From the NCBI GenBank assembly GCA_017456005.1, contig JAFTLJ010000072.1, forward strand, positions 74,372 through 138,371: a stretch of DNA of 64,000 nt, in the 5' to 3' direction. Both the position numbers and the translations under genes were made by a program. Positions 35,761-44,968 of this stretch are shown here, piece after piece. This stretch comes from Clostridia bacterium (GTDB lineage: Bacteria; Bacillota; Clostridia; Oscillospirales; CAG-272). How positions within the stretch are numbered: position 1 is the first letter of the stretch; each line of letters opens with the position of its first letter. The notes beneath the pieces are model-generated. The model was given only the letters and a program-made list of their open reading frames with translations. It was not told the origin of the DNA and searched no databases.

Positions 35761-36411
35761 ATGTCCGCTGCTTTGGATATTATACTTATAGCAATAATTG
35801 TTGTATTCGCCATTATTGGTGCTAAAAAAGGTTTTTTCTTGGCTGTTGCAGGTTTTGCTTCACATTTTGTAGGCTTACTCGCTGCGGTTTTGTTCTATAA
35901 GCCTTTTTCAACACTTATAAAAAAACTTCCTTTTCTTTCGAATATGATAACGGAAGTGGAAATGCCTAAACTTGATACAGGCGATGGACTTATGGAAAAC
36001 CTCAAGGCCATCATGAATTATATCGTTACTAACGAAGATATCGGAGGCACCACAGAAGCAATAATAAACAATCTTATTGCCGACGTTGCTTCTATTATAA
36101 TAGCCTTTATAGTTCTTTTCATAGGCGTTTCTCTTCTTACAAAGCTTGTATTCCACCTTTTGAATTTTGCGGCAAAAATGCCAGTTTTGAAGCAGATAAA
36201 CGGTACGCTTGGCGCTGTTATGGGTATTTGCACGGGCCTTTTCTGGAGCTGGATATTTGCTCTTGTTTTCGGAGGTGTTATTTTCCCGATATGCAACGAA
36301 AATTGGCCCAGTATTTTTACTGACAATATGCTGGAATCATTTATATTCAAGCTTTGTTCAGAATTTAATCCTATCGCATTTATAGCAAATTTGTTGCAAA
36401 AGTTACTCTAA
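35761..36411 (+). CDS. CvpA family membrane protein
   Basis: N-terminus LDIILIAIIVVFAIIGAKKGF and multiple TM segments, typical of CvpA. Confidence 0.75.
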   Translation: MSAALDIILIAIIVVFAIIGAKKGFFLAVAGFASHFVGLLAAVLFYKPFSTLIKKLPFLSNMITEVEMPKLDTGDGLMENLKAIMNYIVTNEDIGGTTEAIINNLIADVASIIIAFIVLFIGVSLLTKLVFHLLNFAAKMPVLKQINGTLGAVMGICTGLFWSWIFALVFGGVIFPICNENWPSIFTDNMLESFIFKLCSEFNPIAFIANLLQKLL

Positions 36412-36524
36412 TATCTTAACCGTATATTCCTATATCGCGCCGCTTTGCTTGCGCGATGTTACATATGCCGCACGGTGGCACGGCAAAAGCAAAATACATT
36501 TGCCGCCGAGAAGGATTTTTTCAA

Positions 36525-38876
36525 ATGATGCAATTATGTTCGAGATGTAATAAACGAATGGCCGTTGTTTTTGTCACAAAGCTCGAAAACGGAGAAAGCA
36601 AGAACGAAGGGCTTTGCTTGAAGTGCGCCAGAGAGATCGGTATACCTCAGGTGGACAGTATTCTTTCCGGAATGGGTATAAGCTCTGACGACCTCGACAA
36701 TATGGAAGACGAGATAACTAATCTTGTGGCGCAAAGCACTGAAAATACCGACGTTGACAGCGATAATGACGATGACGACAATTCAAGTCGCACACCCGCG
36801 CTGGATTTTGCTAAACTTTTTGGCAGCCTTCCTTTTCCTCCTATAAAAAACAGCAATATGCCTGTAAAAAAAGAGGACGAAGAGAAAAAAGAAGGTGTCA
36901 AAGAAAAAGATAAATCAAAAAAGAAGAAGGAAAAAGAGCGCAGATATCTTTCCATGTATTGCCGCGATTTAACTTCTGCCGCAAAAGAAGGGAAGCTCGA
37001 TGCCGTTATAGGAAGAGAACGCGAAACCGCACGCATGATGCAAATTCTTTCCCGTAGGCAAAAGAACAATCCTTGCCTTATAGGCGAGCCCGGCGTAGGC
37101 AAAACTGCAATAGCGGAAGCTTTGGCACAAAAAATTGCCGCAGGAGATGTTCCATATAAGCTTAGAGATAAAGAGGTTTATTTGGTAGACCTTACTTCGC
37201 TTGTTGCGGGAACACAGTTCCGAGGTCAGTTCGAAAGCCGAATGAAAGGTCTTATAGATGAGGTAAAAGCCCTTGGTAATATCATTTTGGTAATAGACGA
37301 GGTACACAGCATTGTTGGTGTCGGCGATTCCGAGGGAAGCATGAATGCTGCAAACATACTTAAACCTGCGCTTTCAAGGGGTGAAATTCAGCTTATAGGT
37401 GCCACAACGCTAAATGAATACCGCAAATATATAGAAAAGGACTCCGCATTGGAACGCCGTTTCCAGCCTATTATTGTGGAAGAACCTTCTATCGCAGAAA
37501 CAAAAAAGATACTTTCCGGCATAAAAAAATACTACGAAACATACCACAGAATAAATATTTCTGAAGCTATTATTTCGCGTGCTGTAGAGCTTTCCGAACG
37601 GTATATTACAGATCGTTTTCTGCCAGATAAAGCAATAGACTTGCTTGACGAGGCGGCGGCTTACGTTGCAATGAATTCGCCCGTTGTAAATCGTCTTGCT
37701 GCGGTTGAAAAAGAGCTGGAAGAGCTTAAAAAGCAGATAGCTGAAATCGATGAAAATCCATTACCTGCAGATGCAGATGACCAAAGAAGAAACGAACACT
37801 ATGAGCTTGTTGCCTCCATAAAAGCTAACCAGCTTAAGGACGAAGCGGAATATGAAAAACTTAAAGCCGAACTTGCTACGATTGAGCTTACGGTAGATTC
37901 GCTTGCTCGGGTTATCGAAATTTGGACCGGTGTTCCTGCAGGAACTATAAACGCCAACGAATTTGAACAGTTGAATACCCTTGACGATCGCCTTAAAGCA
38001 AGAATTAAAGGGCAAGATGAAGCTGTTAATGCAGTTGTGCGCGCCATAAAGCGCAATCGCGCAGGAGTTTCCTATAAACGCAAGCCCGCATCATTCATTT
38101 TTGCAGGGCCTACGGGTGTGGGCAAAACAGAACTTGTAAAAGTTCTGGCGACGGATCTTTTCAGCACGCCGGATGCCTTAATTCGCCTTGACATGTCTGA
38201 ATTTATGGAAAAACATTCTGTTTCCAGAATGATCGGCTCGCCCCCCGGATACGTTGGCTACGATGATGCTGGTCAGCTTACTGAAAAAATTCGCCGCAAA
38301 CCTTATTCTGTAGTATTGTTTGATGAAATAGAAAAGGCTCACCCCGATGTGCTCAATATTCTTTTGCAGATTCTTGACGATGGCAAGGTTACGGATTCGC
38401 ACGGAAAAGAAGTTGATTTTTCCAGCAGTATTATCGTTATGACAACAAATGCAGGCTCTAACACAAGCTCTGGTACCGCCGGATTTGGTGTTAGCGAAAA
38501 AACTGCCGCAGAAAACCGTACGGAACGTGCGCTTTCAGAATTTTTGCGCCCTGAATTCTTGAATCGTGTGGACGAAATTATAACCTTCAGACACCTTGAT
38601 AAAGAAGATTTCCGCAGAATTGCCGCTAATATAATTGGCGATTTGCGCACGGCATTGGCGGAAAAGGGAATAGGTGTTTATTGTACGGATGCGGCGCTCG
38701 CTTTAATTGCCGAAAAATCATTCTCTGTAAAATACGGTGCGCGCAATATGCGCCGCTTCATAAGCAGAAATATAGAAGATATAGCTGCGGAAAAAATAAT
38801 TTCTGCTTACGAAAGAAATATAACTCAAATAATTATCGATGCAGACCATGATGAAATTACTGTTGATGTAAGATAA
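36525..38876 (+). CDS. ClpE-type Clp/Hsp100 AAA+ ATPase (two NBDs, N-terminal zinc ribbon)
   Basis: CSRC-22 residues-CLKC (the CX2C-X22-CX2C spacing known for ClpE). NBD1 GEPGVGKTAIAE, NBD2 GPTGVGKTELVK. An acidic then KEKE-rich linker follows the ribbon. Confidence 0.9.
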   Translation: MMQLCSRCNKRMAVVFVTKLENGESKNEGLCLKCAREIGIPQVDSILSGMGISSDDLDNMEDEITNLVAQSTENTDVDSDNDDDDNSSRTPALDFAKLFGSLPFPPIKNSNMPVKKEDEEKKEGVKEKDKSKKKKEKERRYLSMYCRDLTSAAKEGKLDAVIGRERETARMMQILSRRQKNNPCLIGEPGVGKTAIAEALAQKIAAGDVPYKLRDKEVYLVDLTSLVAGTQFRGQFESRMKGLIDEVKALGNIILVIDEVHSIVGVGDSEGSMNAANILKPALSRGEIQLIGATTLNEYRKYIEKDSALERRFQPIIVEEPSIAETKKILSGIKKYYETYHRINISEAIISRAVELSERYITDRFLPDKAIDLLDEAAAYVAMNSPVVNRLAAVEKELEELKKQIAEIDENPLPADADDQRRNEHYELVASIKANQLKDEAEYEKLKAELATIELTVDSLARVIEIWTGVPAGTINANEFEQLNTLDDRLKARIKGQDEAVNAVVRAIKRNRAGVSYKRKPASFIFAGPTGVGKTELVKVLATDLFSTPDALIRLDMSEFMEKHSVSRMIGSPPGYVGYDDAGQLTEKIRRKPYSVVLFDEIEKAHPDVLNILLQILDDGKVTDSHGKEVDFSSSIIVMTTNAGSNTSSGTAGFGVSEKTAAENRTERALSEFLRPEFLNRVDEIITFRHLDKEDFRRIAANIIGDLRTALAEKGIGVYCTDAALALIAEKSFSVKYGARNMRRFISRNIEDIAAEKIISAYERNITQIIIDADHDEITVDVR

Positions 38877-38919
38877 CACAATAAAAAGGCAACTTGAAAG
38901 TTGCCTTTTTATTGTGTTT
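38876..38919 (+). terminator. rho-independent terminator after the Clp ATPase gene
   Basis: 19-bp stem ACACAATAAAAAGGCAACT/AGTTGCCTTTTTATTGTGT with a TGAA loop. Confidence 0.85.
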
Positions 38920-38980
38920 ATGAACAAATTCCAATGCTTTGATTTGTTTGTAATAACAAGAAAAAAGTTAGCCGAAGCTA

Positions 38981-39009
38981 TTGACTTTTGGGAGTATAAG
39001 TGGTATGAT
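38981..39009 (+). promoter_or_regulatory. sigma-A promoter of the amino-acid ABC operon
   Basis: TTGACT, 17 nt, TGgTATGAT (extended -10). Confidence 0.6.
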
Positions 39010-39073
39010 TTTATCAGCGTTTTAGCAAACTAAAACGAAATTTAAAATCAAAGTCAGAAAAGAGATACTAAAA

Positions 39074-39874
39074 ATGAAAAAGATCATTTCTCTTGTGCTT
39101 ATTATGGCACTTATGCTCACATTTGTTTTTGCATTTGCAAGCTGCGGCGAAAGCAAAACCGTCGTTATTGGTTACACACTCTACGATCCTATGAACTATG
39201 AAGATGAAAACGGCGAGCTCGTTGGTTTCGATACAGAGCTTGCAAAGGCTGTTTTCAAAAAGCTTGGTTATACACCTATTTTCAAAAAAATCGAATGGGG
39301 CCAGAAATATACCGAGCTTAATTCCGGTACAATCGACTGCATTTGGAACGGTTTCACAGCTAATACAGCCGATGATGACGGTATCGCAAGAAGCGAAAAA
39401 GTAGACTTCTCTTACAATTATATGAGAAACAAGCAGGTTATCGTTACAACAAAAGAACTCGCAGCAACAGTTACAGACGTTAACTCCCTCGCAGGCAAAG
39501 TCGGCTCTGTTGATACAGGCTCTGCAGGCGATACTTACCTCACAGAAAATCTTACCGGTGCAATCAAAAAAGGCGTTACTTCTCAGCTCGATGCTATGAG
39601 AGAACTTGCTCTCGGCACAGCAAACTTTGTTGTAGTTGACGACCAGCTCGCAAGAGCATACGTTGGCACAGGCGTCTACAAAGACCTTGCTATTGTTGAA
39701 GCTGTGGCAGGCACGGAAGAATTCTATGCTATCGGATTCAAAAAAGACAGCGAACTCACAGCAAAAGTAAATAAAGCTCTCGAAGAACTTGCTGAAGACG
39801 GTACTATCGCCGCTCTTGCTGAGAAATATGGTGTTTCCAACACAGTAATCACAGATTTCTCTAACCAGAAATAA
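39074..39874 (+). CDS. amino-acid ABC transporter substrate-binding lipoprotein
   Basis: Lipobox FAFASCGE. Type-3 SBP pattern GFD.ELAKA...IDCIWNGFT. Confidence 0.9.
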   Translation: MKKIISLVLIMALMLTFVFAFASCGESKTVVIGYTLYDPMNYEDENGELVGFDTELAKAVFKKLGYTPIFKKIEWGQKYTELNSGTIDCIWNGFTANTADDDGIARSEKVDFSYNYMRNKQVIVTTKELAATVTDVNSLAGKVGSVDTGSAGDTYLTENLTGAIKKGVTSQLDAMRELALGTANFVVVDDQLARAYVGTGVYKDLAIVEAVAGTEEFYAIGFKKDSELTAKVNKALEELAEDGTIAALAEKYGVSNTVITDFSNQK

Positions 39875-39890
39875 GATAAATTTCAATGAA

Positions 39891-39937
39891 AAACTATACA
39901 AGGCACGATATATACGCGCCTTGTAGTTTTTCTGTTT
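39891..39937 (+). terminator. intercistronic hairpin or partial terminator after the binding-protein gene
   Basis: Bulged stem AAACTA..CAAGGC.CG/CG.GCCTTGTAGTT, then TTTTTCTGTTT. Confidence 0.55.
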
Positions 39938-39955
39938 ATAAAGAAAGGTGAAAAA

Positions 39956-40666
39956 ATGAGTTTTTGGGATATTACACTTGAGCTCCTTTCGGGCTTTGGT
40001 TTTACATTGGCTTTATTTATCTTAACACTGATTTTTGCAATTCCTCTCGGTCTTGCCATCTCTTTTGCCAGAATGAGCACTATAAAACCCGTGCAATCGG
40101 TAACAAAAGTGTTTATATGGGTAATTCGCGGTATACCGCTTATGCTTCTTATTTTCATAATCTACTATCTCCCCGGTTTACTAGGAAACGGTTCTTATAA
40201 TATATTCAATGATCTCGATCTTGAGTTTACAAAACTTGCGGGAAGTAGTGAACTTTTGCGTTACGGTAGCTTTTTGGCGGTTTTGATAGCTTTTGTGATA
40301 AACTATTCCTGCTATTTTGCGGAAATTTTTCGAGGCGGTATCGAAAGTATCCCTCAAGGACAGTATGAAGCAGGACAGGTTTTGGGTCTTACAAAGAGCC
40401 AGATTTTTACAAAGGTAGTGCTTAAACAGGTTATTAAACGCATTTTGCCCCCGATGACAAATGAAATTATAACCCTTGTTAAAGATACTGCACTAGCCAA
40501 TGCTATTGCTATACCGGAAATTATACTTTGCGCGAAAGATTTGGCTTCCACAAAAGCTATTATATGGCCTTTATTCTATACGGCGGTCTTCTATCTTATA
40601 TTTGTTGGTTTGATCACTATTATTTTGGGTAAAGCGGAAAAGAAGCTTTCCTATTTCAAAGCGTAA
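39956..40666 (+). CDS. amino-acid ABC transporter permease
   Basis: HisM/GlnP-type EAA-loop region (YEAGQVLGLTKSQIF.KV.L.Q). Confidence 0.9.
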   Translation: MSFWDITLELLSGFGFTLALFILTLIFAIPLGLAISFARMSTIKPVQSVTKVFIWVIRGIPLMLLIFIIYYLPGLLGNGSYNIFNDLDLEFTKLAGSSELLRYGSFLAVLIAFVINYSCYFAEIFRGGIESIPQGQYEAGQVLGLTKSQIFTKVVLKQVIKRILPPMTNEIITLVKDTALANAIAIPEIILCAKDLASTKAIIWPLFYTAVFYLIFVGLITIILGKAEKKLSYFKA

Positions 40667-40678
40667 GGAGGAACGAAA

Positions 40679-41473
40679 ATGTTTTTGGAAGTTAAAAATA
40701 TAACCAAAAAGTTCGGAGAAACCGATGTTTTGAAGGGAATCGACTTCGACCTGGAAAAAGGACAGGTTCTTTCCATAATTGGCTCTTCCGGTAGCGGCAA
40801 AACGACGCTTTTGCGTTGCCTTAATTTTCTGGAAACTCCCGATACAGGTACTATTTTTGTTGACGGCGATTGTATTTTTGATGCAGCAGACACAAGAAAG
40901 AAATCTTCTGCGGAAGCAAGAGAAAACAGGCTCAGCTTTGGTCTTGTCTTCCAATCCTTCAATCTTTTTCCACAGTACAGTGTTATGGAGAACCTTATGC
41001 TCGCACCAAAGCTTCGTGCAAAAGAAGAAGCGAAGAAAAAAAGGCTAAAAAAGTCAGCTCTCGACAAAATGTACGCTGAAATAGAAAAAAAAGCCGAATC
41101 TTTGCTCGCTTCCGTAGGTCTTTCCGAAAAGCATAATTTCTATCCGTGCGAGCTTTCCGGCGGTCAGCAGCAGCGTGTTTCTATTGCACGTGCGCTTATG
41201 CTTGACCCTGATATACTTTTCTTCGATGAGCCCACAAGCGCGCTCGACCCGGAAATAACGGGCGAGGTGCTTAAGGTTATAAAAGGCCTTGCAGCCCACA
41301 ATATGACAATGATTATCGTTACACATGAAATGAATTTTGCCCACGAGGTTTCCGATAAAATCATATTTATGGATGAAGGTGTTGTTGCGGCAGAAGGCAA
41401 ACCGGAAGAAATATTTGCGAGCGAAAACGAAAGACTTCACCATTTCCTTGCGGCTTTTAACGGGGAAAATTGA
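40679..41473 (+). CDS. amino-acid ABC transporter ATP-binding protein
   Basis: [41 protein letters not shown]. Confidence 0.9.
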   Translation: MFLEVKNITKKFGETDVLKGIDFDLEKGQVLSIIGSSGSGKTTLLRCLNFLETPDTGTIFVDGDCIFDAADTRKKSSAEARENRLSFGLVFQSFNLFPQYSVMENLMLAPKLRAKEEAKKKRLKKSALDKMYAEIEKKAESLLASVGLSEKHNFYPCELSGGQQQRVSIARALMLDPDILFFDEPTSALDPEITGEVLKVIKGLAAHNMTMIIVTHEMNFAHEVSDKIIFMDEGVVAAEGKPEEIFASENERLHHFLAAFNGEN

Positions 41474-41502
41474 GTCTTTACTTCGCATTTTAACTACAGA
41501 AA

Positions 41503-41509
41503 TGTCGAA
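41503..41509 (+). promoter_or_regulatory. Spo0A-box-like heptamer TGTCGAA upstream of spoIIAA
   Basis: Exact 0A-box core, 21 nt upstream of a TATAAT at 41530-41535. Confidence 0.4.
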
Positions 41510-41555
41510 TAATTTTATCCATCATTTCCTATAATACGACAATATTTTTACCTAT

Positions 41556-41597
41556 AAAATGGTATCCTTTATACAAGGATACCATTTTTGTTTTTTG
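41556..41597 (+). terminator. strong rho-independent terminator that ends 12 nt before the spoIIAA start codon
   Basis: AAAATGGTATCCTT-TATAC-AAGGATACCATTTT followed by TGTTTTTT. Confidence 0.85.
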
Positions 41598-41608
41598 GAG
41601 GATGTTGA

Positions 41609-41950
41609 ATGGAAAATCTTATAATTTCATATAAAGATGAAGTTTTGACTGCTAAATTATTAAGCGAAATAGACCATCACAGTGCTGTTAATGTTCGGGA
41701 GAAAATAGACTCCGAGTTATATAAACAACTGCCGCGAACGCTTATTTTTGACCTCTCAGAGGTTAATTTTATGGATAGCTCCGGGCTGGGTTTGGTTCTT
41801 GGCAGATATAGCAAAGCAAAAGAGATAGGGGCGGAGGTAAACATAAAAAACCCCTCAAAACGAACAGAAAAAATATTTCATATGGCAGGCACAGACAAGC
41901 TGATAAAAATAATACACGACAAGGAGATAAAAAATGAAACAAATAAATGA
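41609..41950 (+). CDS. spoIIAA: anti-sigma-F factor antagonist SpoIIAA (STAS domain)
   Basis: STAS pattern with the phospho-site context DLSEVNFMDSSGLGLVLGR. First gene of the AA-AB-sigF triad. Confidence 0.9.
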   Translation: MENLIISYKDEVLTAKLLSEIDHHSAVNVREKIDSELYKQLPRTLIFDLSEVNFMDSSGLGLVLGRYSKAKEIGAEVNIKNPSKRTEKIFHMAGTDKLIKIIHDKEIKNETNK

Positions 41951-42374
41951 GATCAAATGCACTTTTCTTTCGCTTTCACAAAATGAGGGACTGGCTAGAA
42001 GTATAGTTTCCGGTTTTCTTTTGCCTCTCGACCCCGACGTAGAGGAACTCGCAGATCTGCGTTGTGCAGTTTCAGAAGCAGTTACAAATTGCATAGTGCA
42101 CGCATATAGAAATGGAGTAGGTAAAATTTCGCTTACACTTCGCGCATATGAAAACCGAACATTTAAAATGATAGTTGCCGACAAGGGTTGCGGTATAGCA
42201 GATGTAAAAGAAGCTAGAAAGCCTATGTTTACCACGTTGCCGGATGAAGATAGGTGTGGTATGGGATTTTCTATTATGGAAAGCTTTTCGGATAAGCTGG
42301 ATGTAAAATCAAAAGTGGGAAAGGGCACAAGGATCACACTTACAAAGAAACTTTCGTCTGCCGACGATACATAA
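41934..42374 (+). CDS. spoIIAB: anti-sigma-F factor / serine kinase SpoIIAB
   Basis: HATPase motifs EAVTNCIVHAY, DKGCGI and GMGFSIM. Overlaps spoIIAA. Confidence 0.9.
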   Translation: MKQINEIKCTFLSLSQNEGLARSIVSGFLLPLDPDVEELADLRCAVSEAVTNCIVHAYRNGVGKISLTLRAYENRTFKMIVADKGCGIADVKEARKPMFTTLPDEDRCGMGFSIMESFSDKLDVKSKVGKGTRITLTKKLSSADDT

Positions 42375-42392
42375 ATAAAAGGAGGTTATTTA

Positions 42393-43130
42393 ATGTCGGC
42401 AACAGAAGAAAAACAAAAAGGCGAACATAATCTCGGGCTTATACGAAAGTATCAAAGCGGCGATAATAAAGCACTCGAAATGCTTATAGAAGAAAATATC
42501 GGGCTTGTAAAGAATATCGCAAAACGATTTTACGGACGCGGCACAGAATACGAAGATATTGTGCAAATAGGCACTATTGGTATGATAAAAGCCGCCAAAA
42601 GCTTCGATGAAAGCTATAATACAGTGTTTTCCACCTACGCTGTACCACTTATTATAGGCGAAATACGCCGTTTTTTGCGCGATGACGGTATAATAAAAGT
42701 AAGCCGCGACGTACGCAAGAAGGGATCTGTAATACTGCACGCAAAAGAAGAATTTCAAAAGACACACCAGCGAGATCCTAAAATTTCTGAGCTTTCTGAA
42801 ATTTGCGGCTATTCAGAGGAAGAGGTGGTGTATGCTTTGGATGCATCCAGTCCTGTTTCATCGCTGCAAGAAAGTATAGGAAATGATGATAATTCTGCAA
42901 CTATAGAAGAAATGACGGCATCGGACACAAATGAAATCGAAACCGTTATAGACAATATCGCCTTGCGCGAAGCTATTTCTCATCTACCGAAAACGCAGCA
43001 ACAAATCGTGCATCTGCGTTTTTTTAAGGAGCTTTCCCAGCAGGAAACAGCAAATATTTTAGGTCTTACCCAAGTTAAGGTTTCACGCGAAGAAAAGAAA
43101 ATTTTCGCTTTTTTAAGAAAGGAATTATAA
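42393..43130 (+). CDS. sigF: sporulation sigma factor SigF
   Basis: Sigma-70 regions 2 to 4 (DIVQIGTIGMIKAAKSFD, YAVPLIIGEIRRFLRD). Position after spoIIAB. Confidence 0.9.
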   Translation: MSATEEKQKGEHNLGLIRKYQSGDNKALEMLIEENIGLVKNIAKRFYGRGTEYEDIVQIGTIGMIKAAKSFDESYNTVFSTYAVPLIIGEIRRFLRDDGIIKVSRDVRKKGSVILHAKEEFQKTHQRDPKISELSEICGYSEEEVVYALDASSPVSSLQESIGNDDNSATIEEMTASDTNEIETVIDNIALREAISHLPKTQQQIVHLRFFKELSQQETANILGLTQVKVSREEKKIFAFLRKEL

Positions 43131-43132
43131 CG

Positions 43133-43161
43133 AAAAATGCCCACAAAAGTGGGCATTTTTT
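43133..43161. terminator. bidirectional terminator between sigF and XRE paralogue 2
   Basis: AAAAATGCCCAC-AAAA-GTGGGCATTTTT. Confidence 0.85.
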
Positions 43162-44230
43162 AATATTGTGCATATTTTTCAAGCTTCTCTTTGATAGTTT
43201 TCATTTGCACGTAATCTTCAAACCTATCATAGCGAGATTTTTTTAGTTCATTTAAAAGTAAAGCGCTGTCGTTTTCGGTATAATTTTTAGAGCTTCCTTC
43301 TACATTGTCGTAACAATGATTCACGATGAATGAGGTGAAATATCCACTTTGGCGTGTATCATATTTGATTGCGTGCTCTGCAGCGGCTTCCAGATGCGAT
43401 AAAAACTCATCTTCCTTTCCGAGATTCAAGCAACAATGGGCAAGCTCTAAATGAATATTCTTGATTCTTGCGTGGTAAAAACCAAAATTTCCATCTTCAT
43501 AAAGCGCGTTAAATACAGCTATAGGGAAGTTCAAGAGCTTGATTTTTTCTTCATCGGTAAAGTTACCTTTGTTTATCATCAAGCTGACATTTAAAAATAT
43601 TTCATCTGCCATCCATTCGATATTTCCTTGGCATCTTCTTATTTTTTTATCGCCCTCTAAAATATGTGCCAAAAGTGCTTGTTTTGTCACATTGCAATCT
43701 GATGCCATAGAAGCATATTTTTGTGCATTTTTTGTGTCTTTTTTGCCGTAATGATACGTAAAGCAAAGCGTTTGTATAGCTCCATCACGGTATTGATTAT
43801 CTGTGCATTCATCCAGTATTCTTTCGCCCAGCTCTATTATCTCATCGGCGTTTTGCGTGCGGCTTTCAGCACCGAGAGCACACATTAAGAAATACATGAC
43901 TTGATAATTGTTCGGAAACTCTTTTTTAGCTTCGCGCCAAAGGGCAATACGTTCCGATGTTTTGCCTTGGTTAAAAAAAACTCCTTCTTGGGCTAAATAT
44001 TCATCAATTTTTTTCTGCTTTAGCGCCTCATTTACACCGAGAATCTCGTCTACAGTAACATTATAATATTCGGCAATCTGTGGAAGCAAAAGAATATCGG
44101 GATAACCATCTCCTCGTTCCCATTTGGAAACCGCTTGAACCGTTATGCCGAGGAAAGTAGCAAGATCTTCCTGAGTATTACCTTTATTTCTGCGCAATCT
44201 TTTAAGCTGTTGATTGAGTGTAATATTCAT
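43160..44230 (-). CDS. XRE-family HTH regulator with a helical-repeat (TPR-like) C-terminal domain, paralogue 2
   Basis: N-terminus MNITLNQQLKRLRRNKGNTQEDLATFLGITVQAVSKWERG. Colinear with 22283-23377. ATG 44230 follows GGAGAA. Confidence 0.8.
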   Translation of the reverse strand: MNITLNQQLKRLRRNKGNTQEDLATFLGITVQAVSKWERGDGYPDILLLPQIAEYYNVTVDEILGVNEALKQKKIDEYLAQEGVFFNQGKTSERIALWREAKKEFPNNYQVMYFLMCALGAESRTQNADEIIELGERILDECTDNQYRDGAIQTLCFTYHYGKKDTKNAQKYASMASDCNVTKQALLAHILEGDKKIRRCQGNIEWMADEIFLNVSLMINKGNFTDEEKIKLLNFPIAVFNALYEDGNFGFYHARIKNIHLELAHCCLNLGKEDEFLSHLEAAAEHAIKYDTRQSGYFTSFIVNHCYDNVEGSSKNYTENDSALLLNELKKSRYDRFEDYVQMKTIKEKLEKYAQY

Positions 44231-44258
44231 AACAATTCTCCTATCGTTTTCAAAAAGT

Positions 44259-44272
44259 AACAAGCGCTTGTT
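44259..44272. promoter_or_regulatory. perfect 14-bp palindrome in the leader of XRE paralogue 2 (candidate operator)
   Basis: AACAAGCGCTTGTT, immediately after the conserved AAAATCAGAA leader. Confidence 0.45.
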
Positions 44273-44280
44273 CTGATTTT

Positions 44281-44330
44281 ATTATAACAAAATAGTCATA
44301 TTGTTTCAATGACGGTATTGTTTAAATATG
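44281..44330 (-). promoter_or_regulatory. 50-nt promoter module L (promoter of XRE paralogue 2)
   Basis: Minus strand: CATATTTAAACAATACCGTCATTGAAACAATATGACTATTTTGTTATAAT (TTGAAA, 17 nt, TATAAT). Confidence 0.6.
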
Positions 44331-44373
44331 TTTTTAAAACTAAACGGGAAGTTTAAATTTTAAACAAAGGGAA

Positions 44374-44934
44374 TTACACCCCCATTTTTTTTACTCTTCT
44401 GTAAAACGTATTTGGCTTTAAATCAAGCTCTGCCATTGCTTGACGAGCAGTTATTTTATCTGCGCGCCAACGCGCACAAACTTTGCGGAACCGCTCCTCA
44501 TCCACAGCGATTGGAGTTCTTCCTTTATACTTTCCTTCGCGCTTTGCAAGTGCTATGCCTTCCGCCTGTCGTTCCAATATATATCCGCGCTCCAGTTCCG
44601 CCATTGCCGCGAATATTGTAAGCATAAATTTTCCGCTAACAGAGTCGGTATCTATATTTTCTTTTAACGAAACGAGAGCAGCGCCCTTATTTTTTATTTT
44701 TTCAACAATATCAAGTAAATCGCGAGTATTTCTCGCGAGTCGCGAAATACTTTCCACAACCACAATGTCTCCGTCTCGTATATAAGCGAGCATTTCCGCG
44801 AGCTGAGGTCTGTTTATGTTTTTACCACTTTGCTTATCTATATAAACCTTTTCTATGCCCATATTACTAAAGGCTTCTGTTTGTCTGCCTTCGTTTTGCT
44901 CCTGCGTAGATACTCTGACATAACCGATTTTCAT
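44374..44934 (-). CDS. small serine recombinase (resolvase/invertase family)
   Basis: MKIGYVRVSTQEQN catalytic serine motif, E-helix region, and C-terminal HTH (ITARQAMAELDLKPNTFYRRV). 186 aa. Confidence 0.9.
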   Translation of the reverse strand: MKIGYVRVSTQEQNEGRQTEAFSNMGIEKVYIDKQSGKNINRPQLAEMLAYIRDGDIVVVESISRLARNTRDLLDIVEKIKNKGAALVSLKENIDTDSVSGKFMLTIFAAMAELERGYILERQAEGIALAKREGKYKGRTPIAVDEERFRKVCARWRADKITARQAMAELDLKPNTFYRRVKKMGV

Positions 44935-44968
44935 TATATATCATCCTTTCGGCATATTTTATGCTTAT

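Noticed and set aside
41496-41509. The identical 14-mer ACAGAAATGTCGAA at 11154-11167 and 41496-41509, considered as proof of a shared regulatory element.
   Set aside because: My rough estimate is about 15 chance 14-mer repeats, in either orientation, in 64 kb of AT-biased sequence. The repeat alone is not significant. Only the embedded 0A-box core and the promoter context are reported, at low confidence.
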